A stretch of 64,000 nt of DNA, taken from assembly GCF_964204645.1 (NCBI RefSeq), contig NC_134034.1:13715062-13779061 (forward strand), in the 5' to 3' direction. The first letter of the stretch is position 1. Each line of letters begins with the position of its first letter. This document shows, in pieces, positions 1 to 13,815 of this stretch. Source of the DNA: Tubulanus polymorphus (taxonomy: Eukaryota; Animalia; Nemertea). The notes below the pieces were generated by a model that saw only the letters and a program-made list of their open reading frames with translations, was not told the DNA's origin and did not search any database. The position numbers and the translations under genes are program-made.

Positions 1-427
1 CGATACTGAAAACTACTGTTTCGAAAATGAACGGATCCAGTGTCTTCCGTGAATTCGCCGTGATGGTGTCGTGAGAAACAAAGGTCGCCCGGTGAACGGG
101 CGATATGAACAAACCGCCGGCATCAGCGCCAGGTTCTTAGTACCGGTACCTCGTCACAAACCGATAGTTTAATCGGTGTCATGTTTTCTACATTCAAAAC
201 CGGCGACTTCAATCACTCCTCAAACTCTTAGAGAATTTTCTATCGGAAGCGAAGCGCAGAAAATTGTAGGCGAAAAATAAACTGCCGAATTTCTCGACTT
301 GTGAGACTTTTTTGCGAAAAATCCTTTAGGGTTTTTAAGACTGCGGCGGCAAACAATGAGAACTATTCCTACGCGGGATCTTAGAAAGTGAAATGTTAGT
401 GAAGAAATGTATCAGCAGAAGAGACCG

Positions 428-530
428 CTTAGTCAATGTCAGGGTCATCATATACTTATTCATCAATGTCAATGTCAAGGTCTCATTGTCAGGGTCATTA
501 CACTTAGTCATCAATGTCAATGTCAAGGTC
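428..530. repeat. Low-complexity tcaatg/tcaggg repeat
   Basis: tcaatgtcaatgtcaaggtc and gtcagggtcat repeated. Confidence 0.75.
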
Positions 531-1909
531 TTATCTTATTGCGCTCGCATTTTTTAAACCGATGGCTATAATTCAGAGTTGTCGTTGTATATTTAAACTG
601 CTGCTGCCAAAGCGTGTGTTCGGGGGATGTAAAGGGTTAAATTAAAATGGCCGCTCGGTGTCTCTCGTTATCAGGGGCGGAATTTCATTATTCGGTTCTA
701 ATCTCGCGATGCATTTACAGTTTATACTTCCGTTGATAAGGAAAAGATTAATGTGCAAATATACGGCTGTCATACCCGTGCTAATCTGGGCTCGGTTCCA
801 ACGCTGTTGTGAGTTTTAATACTATCAAACTTCAGATTTCAACTCTAGATTCAAATCGACTGTTTCTAGCTGTTGATGGTAGATTTCGGAATACCGTTAT
901 GAGTTAGATTCAACTATCGAATCAGAATTAGTTCAATTTCAATTGCTTTAACTGAAGTAATCGAAAATGAACTGATTGTGATTCTGTTTATGAAGACAAA
1001 ATCAATCGATTTTCACAACTATGGAACTGACTCACGTTTCACTATTTATGTAAACAGAACAAGCATTTAAAAAGTTCTTCGAATAGAAAATGATGTATAT
1101 CAACTACACAGATTGATTTATCAACAAAGTACATATTTGAACTATTTTCACAAAAATAATCATTAAATCCTGAATCTATTGAACGAGCACTGTATTAATG
1201 AGTTACCAAATCAGTTTAAGATTTAACTGGCCTCAACATTCAACATGGGATTTAATGAAATCAATAGTTTTCTGCATTTTGCTACGACCGTTTTTTTGGT
1301 CGAACTTAGTACTTCACAATTGCTCATTATATTCCATTTGACTTCCTCAAATCCTGTAAGGATTTACTTAAAGCTCAGTTTTATTCAGGGCTCTAAAACC
1401 GGCTGGGTTCTCATAAAACCGGCTGGGTTCTGATGAGAAGCCAGTTCGTATCTACATCGTTAAAATCGATATAGATACAAATTCTACAGTATTAATATTA
1501 TTATAAAAATTATTATTATCACGATAAGAATATTATCATATATTTTCATGTACTGTATATATTTTGAATATAATTTATAAAGTGTAACTAATTCAGATCA
1601 GAAACATTTTTCGTTTTTTCTTCAATTTTTCGCAGTTCCTTGTGTCATTTTTAAAGGGCATCGCCTCCAGCTTCCACATCTCTTCAAGTTCGATGTAAAA
1701 ACCGATGAGGTTTGCTAAAAGTTATCTTTCTCCCATTTCGCCCGAGATGTGAAGAATGGTACTGTGGCAACCGAGGATTCGCTATGGTATCGCAAAGTTT
1801 GTACGCATCAATTTCTTCCTAGAACCACACAATACGAATTTCCAAATCACAGAGAACAAACATGTCCTTCAGAAACTCAAAATCAAAGATGGATATATCT
1901 GAGTAAATT

Positions 1910-2206
1910 CAGGGTGGCAACTTACCTGGAAATTGGAGGAATCAGGGAAATATCTTGGGAAATTTCTCTGGGTAAAGTCCAGGGAATTCTTAGCTGGAAA
2001 TCAGGGAAATCAAGGAAAAGTTAGGAAAATTTCTTTTCATTAATAAAAGTCTGGGGAAAGTCGTAGAGATAGACCAAATAGTTTCCGCCTATTTGACGGC
2101 GATTGGATTCTTAGCAAATCAAGTCAGGGAAAAAAACAACGTGAATGTCGGGGATTAGTCAGGAAACAGTAAGGTAAAAAGCAAGTCAAATTAGCTGACC
2201 ACCCCG
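1910..2206. mobile_element. Decayed hAT-like MITE
   Basis: Ends cagggtggc / gaccaccccg with many internal tcagggaa subterminal repeats; no clean TSD. Confidence 0.5.
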
Positions 2207-4999
2207 ATATATTCTATTCATATTCCGATAAAACACCCGGTCAGCAACTCACACGTCATAACCCTCGCCTGTGACCGCAACTTGAGGACAATCAAACAAA
2301 ATATAAATATATACATACTACGGATAAACCGACAAGTAAATGATTAATACGACGATGAAGCCGTGTCAACATTATTTATTTTTCATGGCGGATAAAATAC
2401 TATACGGACAATAGAGCTATGCAGATATAGACAGAATATGGTTTTATCAACTCGGTTTCTATGTGATTATCACTTGAGTATTTCTAGGTCACGTGGAGCG
2501 CGCGCTTTCCGCGACGGGCAGACGGCCACCGTCGGTCGGCGATAAGTGGCGGTTTTATACGAATTTGATAGTCGGCCTAAAAAGCTCGTTTTCGAGAGGT
2601 GATAAATGGTTTTTGATTTTGTATAAAGAAGCGTCGAGATCAGGATGATGGAAAGAGAGAATGCTATCTCTACAGCCGGTGATAAACGACCTTAATCTGT
2701 CTCCGTCAGAATGTCTGGGTCTAAAATGCATAATGAAATCACTTTCGAGGGAAATTACTTTTCTTTAGAAAACATAAGAGTCGAGTTTGATGTGCAATGT
2801 CGGTAATTTTACGGTTAGCAACGCATTAATTGTCGATCGATGAATAGACTATATATAGTTCGGGTCCTTGATGGGTCGCCATCTTCACCCGACCCGAATT
2901 CAGGATTGAGTGTCCGCGGTCAGGAAAGCTTACTTCGACTCGTCGATCTTGATCTCAAAATAGATAATCATGATAGTCCATATTATTTATTTGATTAATT
3001 GATTGGGTTTGATCTGATACTTTGGCCTCCTTTAGAAAACCACCACACCTGTCGGGAGCGAAACAGGGGGTGTGATTTTGAAATCGGAAATCGAAGTACA
3101 GATATAGTTGTGTGATCGGCTGTCCTGATTCATATAGTCGTGGTTGTTCTACGCGATCGAGATCATCCTTTACCCGAAAGAGAAAGTTGTCACACAAAAG
3201 AAATGATTAAAGATCCGGAAATAAAGTTTATGACTTTAAGAGATCGTTTTTCATAGCATCATCTGCTGCTCGTCGAATAAGCCGTGTTTGTCGGCAGACG
3301 ATCGCCAACTCGACTGCAGCTGGAAGTCTAACCCGTCAGACAAAACCTTTTGGAAATTTTCCATCAGTTCGGACGTTCGAATTCCGCACTCGGCAAACAT
3401 ACGACGATATCACCGGCCTGGGCATGTATAGCACGCGCGCGAAAGAGAAAGACGTGGACAGCGGTCAATGTTTGACCAGTCATATAAGACAGCATCGCCT
3501 CGATCGACGCTGAGATGGTTATTGTAGTATTCCAACAGACGCGAGATAAAGAGTACCTACGTAAGTAAGAGTGACCATCAATACCAACATATTTACAAAG
3601 GATCGATTTCAAATTATTAAGCGGCGTTTGTCGATTCCAATTCGGCGCATCTTTTGACTTCACTGAGGAAACTCAGACTCAGTCTTATCTTGTTTCAACC
3701 GGGTGTGGAACCCATGCTGAATTCTGGGACCGGTAATCCATCAACGCTCAACGTTTACCAGAGCCTTCTGCATGTTCAGTTACCGTTAATGCCCGTTACC
3801 AATCTTATAAGAATGTACGTACATGGGCGTCTCGAAGATTTTTCAAGGGGTATGGGGTCGAATCTCTTTACAAGGGACCGAATCCATTGGATTCTTTCAC
3901 ATATTGCCGATACGGCCTGAGTCTTCATTGAACCAGTTTCTTGTTTCAAAACCATCAATCTGCCACTCAGAGCAAAATGGGTTGGTTCTAGTTCACTTTT
4001 CGTTCTAATCATTAGAACGGAAAAGTACCAGAGAAGAACATATTCGGCCAGGAACTCCGCCGCAACCTGGATTCGAACCCAGTTTGAATCCCAGATTGCC
4101 GAGGAAATATAGTAAATGATAATAGTAGAGACCACATGGCTCAAACTACTGAAATGGTAAAATCAAGACGTGACTCCGGGGACAACATCACCGGATTTCG
4201 GTTTCAATTCTACATCCGGTCGACGCACCCCCTCCAAACTATTGTCTCCGTCAGTTCGTAAACTCTCAGGAGTAATATTTACTCCAGGATAGAACTTACT
4301 CACGCGCGCCGTGTCCAGCGGCCGACCCGACACAACGTAAATACACACTCTCGATAACAATAGGTTGTCACGTGACACACGAGAGCGCTCAATCCCACTC
4401 TCGATACAACGATTACGCATTAGAATTGTATTGGTATTAAGAGTCCTTCTGGGCAACAATCCGGTGGGGAAAGTGCTTCCCCGCGTAACCGTATTCGAGA
4501 CCCATTCTGCGTCTCCTACAAAACCTGTTATGAATTATTGATAATTACAGTTAAAAAATACATCAGACCTTCTGTCTAATTAATGCCAGTTTAATATAAG
4601 CCTTCGCGTTTTTATTTGGGTTTCAGGTAATTGAGAAAAACGGTTGTTCAAGCATTATGGGTTAACGGGAAATGATTTCGTGGCAGATGATAATTCTACT
4701 TGTGGCAAGTGAGGATCCACCAGGGGCGCTCATAGTTTGTCGGTCTTTAAACGCTTCAATTTCGTCTATATTTCAATGAAGAACTATTGCCTGTTGTAAT
4801 CGAGGTTAGTGGCAAGCGAGGATCCGATCACGACTTTAAGATGCATTCTCTTCATTTCCAAAGTTTCGAAGTTTATAGCGGATATGTCGCCATTTTATCA
4901 TTTTCGTAACGTAAGTTCGCAGTTTCAGCGCGCACGCGCAGTATCACGTCGTGTAAAGGATTAATATAGAAATTACATAATTATCGAGAGTAGAATCGA

Positions 5000-5077
5000 A
5001 TGTACAAATATGTACATGTTCATGTACACACTATGTACAGGTTCATGTACACACTATGTACATGTTCATGTACACAC
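5000..5077. repeat. 23-bp tandem repeat, about 3 copies
   Basis: atgtacatgttcatgtacacact repeated. Confidence 0.85.
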
Positions 5078-5384
5078 TCTCAACATTGTTTCCCATTCAT
5101 TTCCTCGATTTCGCATTGTGATTGTTCGTCACATAGTCTTCAATATAGTTTTGTTTGTTTATAATTATGAGTTCTTGTCGACGTGTGCGTTATTCCGGCA
5201 CACCAGACGCACACGGACACGTTTTGATATAACGCGGTTTAAAGTATCGAATTTCATCGAGTGATTATTGGACAATGCGACTGTTAGTTACATCCGTCAA
5301 GTTATCAATATTGGTCGATATTGAGATTCCATATATCTAACTCACAATCATATTGACGCCAACTTCCGCCGATATCTGCGTGGG

Positions 5385-5587
5385 GAATTTTACCGGTCTC
5401 AACTTTACCGCAGTAAGAGACAAAGTCTACTGTATTTCACAAACTCTTACTCAGTATTTGACACCAACTCGGGGTAGAATTTTACCAGTCTCAACTTTAC
5501 CGCAGTAAGAGACAGAGTCTACTGTATTTCACAAACTCTTACTCAGTATTTGACACCAACTCGGGGTAGAATTTTACCAGTTTCAAC
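5385..5587. repeat. About 2.2 inverted copies of the same 92-bp unit
   Basis: Reverse complement of the 6208-7913 unit; a degenerate continuation runs to about 5650. Confidence 0.95.
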
Positions 5588-6207
5588 ATTAAACTTCACC
5601 ACAGCGGAAGATATAGAGTTTACTATAATCACAGACCCCCAATATGACTCTCCGGTTTGGTTTGCTTCGCGCGTGCCCTAATATACGTACGTCTGAATTC
5701 CATTTAAATAACTCGACCGAAAATTTGAGTCTTCTAAAACTGGCGGAGCTCTATTTCCTATACAATCAACTCAGCTAGGGGGGGGGGGGGGCGGCTATCA
5801 AATCTGATCAGTGTTTAATTCGTTTCGATTTTCACCGCCTCAAATTATCGTCGGTAATTACGGGTTTTATCGTGAACTGATAGAAAGTCCGCCTCTTCTC
5901 CGTCGATCGAGTCTTTAGACTCTAGAACGTTTTAGAGTCCGTGGTCTTTATATATTAAACTTTTGTCCGAAGCACCTGGTTCATATGTTTAAACCATATT
6001 GTCGTGATTTTGGTGCGTCTGTTTGACGCAGCAGTTAACTACCGGTTATAAGCAGATACACAGATGACCTCCCGGTGCGTTCATCTATCGTGTGACCTTC
6101 AGAGTGGGTTGGCCATGCGATCTGGGAATCTGGGAATATTGTGGATTCCATGATTTTAATCAGAAAACTAAATTTGGAGTTAAAACTAGAAAATACTCGA
6201 AAACGCC

Positions 6208-7913
6208 GAGTAAGAGTTTGTGAAATACAGTAGACTCTGTCTCTTACTGCGGTAAAGTTGAAACTGGTAAAATTCTACCCCGAGTTGGTGTCAAATACTG
6301 AGTAAGAGTTTGTGAAATACAGTAGACTCTGTCTCTTACTGCGGTAAAGTTGAGACTGGTAAAATTCTACCCCGAGTTGGTGTCAAATACTGAGTAAGAG
6401 TTTGTGAAATACAGTAGACTCTGTCTCTTACTGCGGTAAAGTTGAGACTGGTAAAATTCTACCCAGAGTTGGTGTCAAATACTGAGTAAGAGTTTGTGAA
6501 ATACAGTAGACTCTGTCTCTTACTGCGGTAAAGTTGAAACTGGTAAAATTCTACCCAGAGTTGGTGTCAAATACTGAGTTAGAGTTTGTGAAATACAGTA
6601 GACTCTGTCTCTTACTGCGGTAAAGTTGAGACTGGTAAAATTCTACCCCGAGTTGGTGTCAAATACTGAGTAAGAGTTTGTGAAATACAGTAGACTCTGT
6701 CTCTTACTGCGGTAAAGTTGAGACTGGTAAAATTCTACCCAGAGTTGGTGTCAAATACTGAGTAAGAGTTTGTGAAATACAGTAGACTCTGTCTCTTACT
6801 GCGGTAAAGTTGAAACTGGTAAAATTCTACCCAGAGTTGGTGTCAAATACTGAGTTAGAGTTTGTGAAATACAGTAGACTCTGTCTCTTACTGCGGTAAA
6901 GTTGAGACTGGTAAAATTCTACCCCGAGTTGGTGTCAAATACTGAGTAAGAGTTTGTGAAATACAGTAGACTCTGTCTCTTAAGTTGGGACTGGTAAAAT
7001 TCTACCCCGAGTTGGTGTCAAATACTGAGTAAGAGTTTGTGAAATACAGTAGACTCTGTCTCTTACTGCGGTAAAGTTGAGACCGGTAAAATTCTACCCC
7101 GAGTTGGTGTCAAATACTGAGTAAGAGTTTGTGAAATACAGTAGACTCTGTCTCTTACTGTGGTTAAGTTGAGACTGGTAAAATTCTACCCCGAGTTTGT
7201 GTCAAATACTGAGTAAGAGTTTGTGAAATACAGTAGACTCTGTCTCTTACTGCGGTAAAGTTGAGACCGGTAAAATTCTACCCCGAGTTGGTGTCAAATA
7301 CTGAGTAAGAGTTTGTGAAATACAGTAGACTCTGTCTCTTACTGCGGTAAAGTTGAGACTGGTAAAATTCTACCCCGAGTTGGTGTCAAATACTGAGTAA
7401 GAGTTTGTGAAATACAGTAAACTCTGTCTCTTACTGCGGTAAAGTTGAGACTGGTAAAATTCTACCCCGAATTGATGTCAAATACCGAGTAAGAGTTTGT
7501 GAAATACAGTAGACTCTGTCTCTTACTGCGGTAAAGTTGAGACTGGTAAAATTCTACCCCGAGTTGATGTCAAATACCGAGTAAGAGTTTGTGAAATACA
7601 GTAGACTCTGTCTCTTACTGCGGTAAAGTTGAGACTGGTAAAATTCTACCCCGAGTTGGTGTCAAATACTGAGTAAGAGTTTGTGAAATACAGTAGACTT
7701 TGTCTCTTACTGCGGTAAAGTTGAGACCGGTAAAATTCTACCCCGAGTTGGTGTCAAACTATTGAGTAAGAGTTTGTGAAATACAGTAGACTTTGTCTCT
7801 TACTGCGGTAAAGTTGAAACTGGTAAAATTCTACCCCGAGTTGGTGTCAAATACTGAGTAAGAGTTTGTGAAATACAGTAGACTACTGCGATGGGTTGAG
7901 ACTGGTAAAATTC
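6208..7913. repeat. 92-bp tandem satellite, about 18.5 near-identical copies
   Basis: Unit gagtaagagtttgtgaaatacagtagactctgtctcttactgcggtaaagttgagactggtaaaattctaccccgagttggtgtcaaatact at 6208, 6300, 6392 and onward. Confidence 0.97.
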
Positions 7914-9249
7914 TGCGGGGCGCTGGTTTTTTGAGGTTCCTCTCCGGTATCACCGATGCGCGAGAGATGAGTATCGCATGAGCACACCAGGCTAGCGCAC
8001 ACCAGGCTAGCGCACACCCACGTGCCCCCTATGTGGTCGTAATAATCATCGCAATTAAAAATACGATCATGGCGAACGTTAATTGTAATTACGGATATTT
8101 TCGGATTCAACAGGGCCGACACACGCGTCATCGGGTTCGAATCCCTTTAATGGCCACGCTCTAAACGTGTCAACCAGTTCGTTAAAACACGTGCAATATC
8201 GCGCGATGACACGTGATTTGTAGGTGGCGCTGGCGGGTGGTGAAGCGCCCCTTCAACAAGATACGAATCGATTTTTTCATGACCGAATAATGGCGCCTCG
8301 TCCGCTCAACTCACTTAACACCGTTCGGATTTGTCGACAAGCCACGTGGTCACGTGGTGCTCGAAAACTAACGTAGCGTGGCGTATAGTGGAGAGGGTGT
8401 GTTCCGGTCACGTGACATTACAGGGCGATTCCGGTGCGCGTCTCGGGCGTGCTATTGTTCGGCCTTTTGTTTTTTATTTCACGTATTCCCGAGGTGTTAA
8501 ATTGATAGTCTGTATAAGGGCAGCAGCGGCTATGTGCGCGTCGCTAGGCTTTTTTTCCTGTGCTATCGCGCATTAAGAAGGCAATGTTTTGTTAACGACC
8601 TCTCAGCAGTAATAAGAGAACCAGGCGGGCAGACGAACCTGTTATGATACGCGAGGTACACACGCGCCTTCCCACAATAAACCGTTTTCAAAATGTGCAA
8701 TCGCTCGAAAATAATATCTCCCTTTTTGTCGCTATTCTAGACTCGGTTATTTAATAGACGCAACAAATCGACGACACTTCAATCTCTTCCCGTTTCGAAC
8801 AACGCCGATTCTGCTGCGCCTTTTCTAAAGTGCGTAATGTTGTTTCGGGGAAAGGGCAATCGAACACTTGAAGAGTACTTGGACGTCGTGTGTCGTGCAC
8901 CAATAGCGACACTCGCCGTTTGAAAAGGTGTTTTGTCGGATAAAAGAATTAGTTCCATAAACGATTAATGCGCTTGATTAAGAAGACGTAGTATTTTTAT
9001 AAGTACCTCTGTCTTCTGAAGGTGAATACACCCGCTTTACCAGAAAATTAGACCCACAGTCGCTGAGCAAAATATCTGTTTCTTTTTTCTTTCCTTTTCG
9101 TCACCACCCGAGGCAAAGAATTAAGTCGCAATTGGAACTATATCGTCGAGCTTTGGCCTCGAGAATTCAGTTTCTTTGATAACTAGGGGGGTGGGTGGCT
9201 CCAGGAATTGAGGGGGTCACCGATTAAGCAGAGTTTAGTATATTGATAG

Positions 9250-9341
9250 CAGACCCAGTTTTATAGACTGGTATCGACTTCATCCCACGAGCTTCACCAA
9301 TTGAAAATGAATCAAGTTCCCGTATGAAAACTGGGTACCTG
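9250..9341. mobile_element. Degenerate copy of the Harbinger-like MITE (32921 subfamily)
   Basis: acccagttttatagac...caattgaaaatgaa...aaaactgggt. Confidence 0.55.
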
Positions 9342-10006
9342 GTGATCTGGGGTTCCTCCTGAAAATAAAGAAGCCAGCGAGTAGAAGGTATTTTTTACAC
9401 CCTTCACCGGAATATAGGATATAGTTGTGTGATCGGCGGTCAAATTCTACGTGTTGCTAAAATCGTAGTAAAGTACATAATTGGGAAATTCGGTTCCGAT
9501 TCATTCAAACAATCTACAGTCTGAACCGGCAAGCGACTGATTTGGTGTGCTTCATTGCGTATATCAGCCTGAAGCCATCTCATTTTGATACTATCAAACT
9601 TCGTGTCAGAATCGCAACTTTTAGGTGTCAAATTTAAGCACGGTCGTTGTCGGGGGCGATATCGGAATTCAAGCCATTGACGCGAGTATCCTGTGTTTGA
9701 CTCTGATGTTAATGGTCCTCTCCGTCTTAATCCGCGGATTAAGCGATCAACAGTAATTAGATAATGACCGTTTGTAGACACACTTGTAACGCTTTTAACA
9801 GTCGAGATTTAATTCCGATTAAAATCTTTGATGATGAATGAATCGGTGACGGGGGATTGTTTGGGCAACGATGTTAATGTTGTGTGTGCTCTATGGGCAT
9901 AGCAACCGCAATAGCGCGTCGATTTGGAGTTGGACAGGAAATTGTGTAAAACAACATTAACTGAAGTTTCCAACTATGTACTTCGATTTAAACAAAAAAA
10001 TCAGTA

Positions 10007-10110
10007 AATTCGACCGCCGATCACACAACTATATATCTGTACTTTGATTACCGATTTCAGAATCGAACCCCCACTAGGCTTGAAAGGTGGGTTTGTGAGG
10101 GACCTTTAAA
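10007..10110 (-). mobile_element. Interspersed repeat end, possibly Kolobok-like DNA transposon (related copies at about 3035-3125, 9415-9450, 14697-14740, 20497-20600, 28322-28380)
   Basis: Shared core gtacagatatagttgtgtgatcggcggtcgaa and acaaacccaccacacctg. This copy ends in TTAA|AGGTCCC on the minus strand. Confidence 0.55.
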
Positions 10111-13100
10111 GTAGATATAAAATCAACCAATCGATCAAATGAGAAGGACGATAAAAAGTTGCAAACATAGTTAAAAGAGTAAGAAAATGTTGCAAACTTC
10201 AAAAGTTGCAAACAGTTTTTCGTTGGCCTCTGAATTCTGCTGTATTTTGCTACATTTCTGTCGAAGAGACTGGTCACCTGTTGCTGAATATCGACGTCTA
10301 TAGCAGACACATTTCTATCGTTTTCTCGTAACATTTTTTTTTGCATTATCACGACACAAAAATATATCCCGCGTCTTGCAATAATTGCTACCAGAAAAAA
10401 TAACGCCTCCGAGCAAAATGTCATGAGCATAGCAACTTTTACAAGGTCGCGGCGTCGGAGTTCGCTCAAGAACAGCAGAAAAATACGTGTATTCACCGAA
10501 TCGCTGAGCGCGACTGGTGTACGGCTATTATTTTATTTCAAACAATTGCCTCCCAATTAAACAATAGCTGATATCTTAGAGCATCGCAATAATAGATATA
10601 ATGGCACTTGTCGAAATTAACGGTGTAGCTAGTTTTTCTCGTGAACCCCCTCCGGGTTCAACTTGTACCCAATAACAATGAAACTACGCTACGACTACGC
10701 GAACACGCTTTCATATAAAGCATTGCATTAATTACAGCGAATTATCGTTACTTCTGTGTTGGAAAATACCGGTATCTGAATGTACAGAGCATCGCCAGTA
10801 ATTGGCTGGCAACTAAAAAACTCAGGAGCTGTTGTAGGAATTATTCGGTATCGATTATTCCTTGAAGTAAAAACCACAGCCCGGTAAACTTCGTGTTCCT
10901 TACTCCAGTACCGATCAGGTATGTTAAACAACAGCCCTACTCCAGGACAGATCTGTAAATTGTCTGGAATCTGGATCTGAACGTGTTGGAGAGTTGAGTT
11001 TTTAGAAACCACGCAACAAATGAAATTATTGATACTCACTGGATTTCACTAACTTCGGATTCATCATAGGCGACGATGTATATTTAGTTTTTCGTGTGAA
11101 AATGTTTGACGAGGCCAAACAAAATTTGCAACCGGCCCGAGTTGCGTGCGTGCTATAAATGATCATAATTATCTAGCAATTAAGCGACAACCACTCAAGA
11201 TTAGGTAACGTTTAATTGATTATCGCGCAACACCGATAAATACGTAATCATTTTTCATTGCGACAACGCGTCACGGGAAACCGGCGGTCTGGTCAAACAA
11301 ACACCCGACAATGCATGCCAGCGAAACCGTATTCACAGAAAAATATCCCTCTCAGCAATAACCGACAATAAACGGACGCCTTTAACAATTACCAGTGAAA
11401 AGAATTCTACGCCTGGCAATGAAAATACGACACCGTTTCGATAATAGAATCGCTCTTTATTAGTTATTATTTGTCGTTTCGAGTGGTCGCATCGCATTTT
11501 TATGTTTTATACCCGAGAACTCGTGTTCTCAGCCCGCAGCGGGGTAGGCGCGCGTTAGCGTTCGGTCGCAAATCTTTTTTTCAGATATTCTTATAAACTT
11601 CTTTTTCTGGTTACTACCGTTGACGGAAAATCCATGGACGGATTTAAGGGAGGGGAGGTGCAGGGGATGCGCACCCTTATTGAGGGGGGGGGGCACCTTC
11701 CTGAAATTGCCAGCAGAGATAGAATACCAGAGGGAAGATTCGATCAAGAGCAAAAATATCAAAGAGAAGAAATAATCTCAACTTGAGATGATTTCTCGCA
11801 GATGGAGTATTAAACTAGCGGTTTACGTCGATCCAACTCTGCGAACTATTCTCATCTATATTTGCGTCGATCTCGGTCGTTATCGCAGGTGTAACACGCC
11901 AGGTCGGCAGACGTCACGACGGACATGAAGTGAACCACATTTTTACCAGTCGGCTTATTTCATGTCGACCGAACGCGCGATTTGTTAAACTAGTTTTTTC
12001 TGCCAGACAAAAACTAAGATCAGATCTATTTGACAGAACTGGGGAACGTGTCGGAGAGTTTGAGTACCATTTGTCAAATCGATAGATAGATTATATATCT
12101 GTGTAATTCCTAAAGCAGCAGATAAAAGCACTTCAGAATTCAGTATTCGGACAAACATTCCTAACGCAGGCCCGGTGTTTTTTGTTTTCATCGCGGACAA
12201 TGATATTATTTTCTGAATGAAATATATCTTGACAGATTATCAGACGGAAGGATGACGTTTTTGAGGCAATATGGACTGAAATGCGGACACGGACCCGGAC
12301 TCAACCGGCAAATCGCGTTAGTCCGGGTGACTTTGTGTCGGGAGTCCGAGTCCGGTTTCGCTATAAATGCCATTTTAGACAACTAAACCTTAGGCCAAAT
12401 CATGGACTAAGATAACAGTTCATGGCCAAATGTGCAGAGATGGCTAGTATATATACTTAAAAATCGTATTAGCTTGGAGATATCAATAATCTCCAAGTAT
12501 TAGCTATGTATGTTGGCTCTATATACGTAACAATCCACTTAATCTCACGATTTAAAACGAGTCTCCGACTTACTCGACCCCGCGTTCGGTTCTAGCTAGC
12601 TATAGCAACCATCACTCAAAATAGTCGAAATAAACCCTATGTTACTATGTAACTATATGAAATTATAGATAGATATACGAATTACTTATCCGTTTATTGT
12701 TGCGCGATAAAACCAATGAAATGCTTATCATCGGCCAATTAGATATAATGTTAAACATTCGGTAATCGCTTCCATACTGTTTCATGAATTATCGCATCGT
12801 GTGAAAGAACAGTTTATGGTCAAACACGGTGTGAACGCTCGATTCGTTGCCGGGCAATTTAAATGTTGGAATTTTTGATAAAATCTGTTTGCGTCGAAAA
12901 TTCAAAATCTACACGACAAATTTACTATTGCGTAATGGAAGCTCCCGCGACCGAATGAAAGGAGTTTGTCAATAAATCTCCCGTTCGCGGTTTTATTATC
13001 TTTTATGAAATAATTCGGTCGCTCATTTAAGAAGTAAATAACTATCTCATTGCTAAGTAAGATAAGGATTGAGTTAAGCCGTGTCGCGCGTGTTGTTGGT

Positions 13101-13490
13101 ATGGAGGTATAACAATAGGTTGATAAGTCCGTCGCTTGCCTATAATTGAACCTAATTGATTATTGAGTAAAACGGTTGCACAAACCATTTACTTTCCAGT
13201 TCTCATGATTTACATAATAATTATCATTATTTACGATATTTGATGCCTTATTCAATAAAATTATATTGCTCTCGTGTACTTTAACATTGTTACATTATAA
13301 ATGTGTGGCTAGAACCTGAAGCAGCTTGAAATTTGAACTTGAATTTGAAATTGAACTTGAATAGATAGATAGATAGGTTTTAAGAGTTGAATCTGAATAT
13401 GCAATGTATGCAATATGCAATACCATAGTTAGATTTTGCAATACGACACATTAAAAGATTTTGACGAACTTGGAGCAGGTATCTGCTGAA

Positions 13491-13815
13491 CCCAGTTCCA
13501 AAGGTTGTGCGGGTTTGATTTGACTCTGGATCCAGTTCCACAGTTGTGTGGGTTTATTTTGACTCTAGATCCAGTTCCACAGTTGTGTTGGTTTAATATG
13601 ACCCTGGATCCAGTTCCACAGTTGTGTGGGTTTATTTTGACTCTAGATCCAGTTCAACAGTTGTGTGGGTTTAATTTGACCCTGGACCCAGTTCCACAGT
13701 TGTGTGGGTTTAATTGATCAACCCTAGATCCAGTTTCACAGTTGTGTGGGCTTAATTTGACTCTGGATCCAGTTCAACACTTTTGTGGGTTTTATCTCAG
13801 GCCCAGTCCAGTTGT
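13491..13815. repeat. 39-bp minisatellite, about 8 copies
   Basis: Unit ccagttccacagttgtgtgggtttaatttgactctggat at 13532, 13571 and onward. Confidence 0.93.

Noticed and set aside
3364-4525. Cluster of 60-120 aa ORFs as a gene or transposase remnant
   Set aside because: No recognisable domain or consistent exon chain by eye; a translated search would be needed.
5929-5944. GTTTTAGAG motif resembling a type II CRISPR repeat start (also 37566, 43531)
   Set aside because: Dispersed over tens of kb, part of small hairpins, no repeat-spacer array or cas genes, eukaryotic context.
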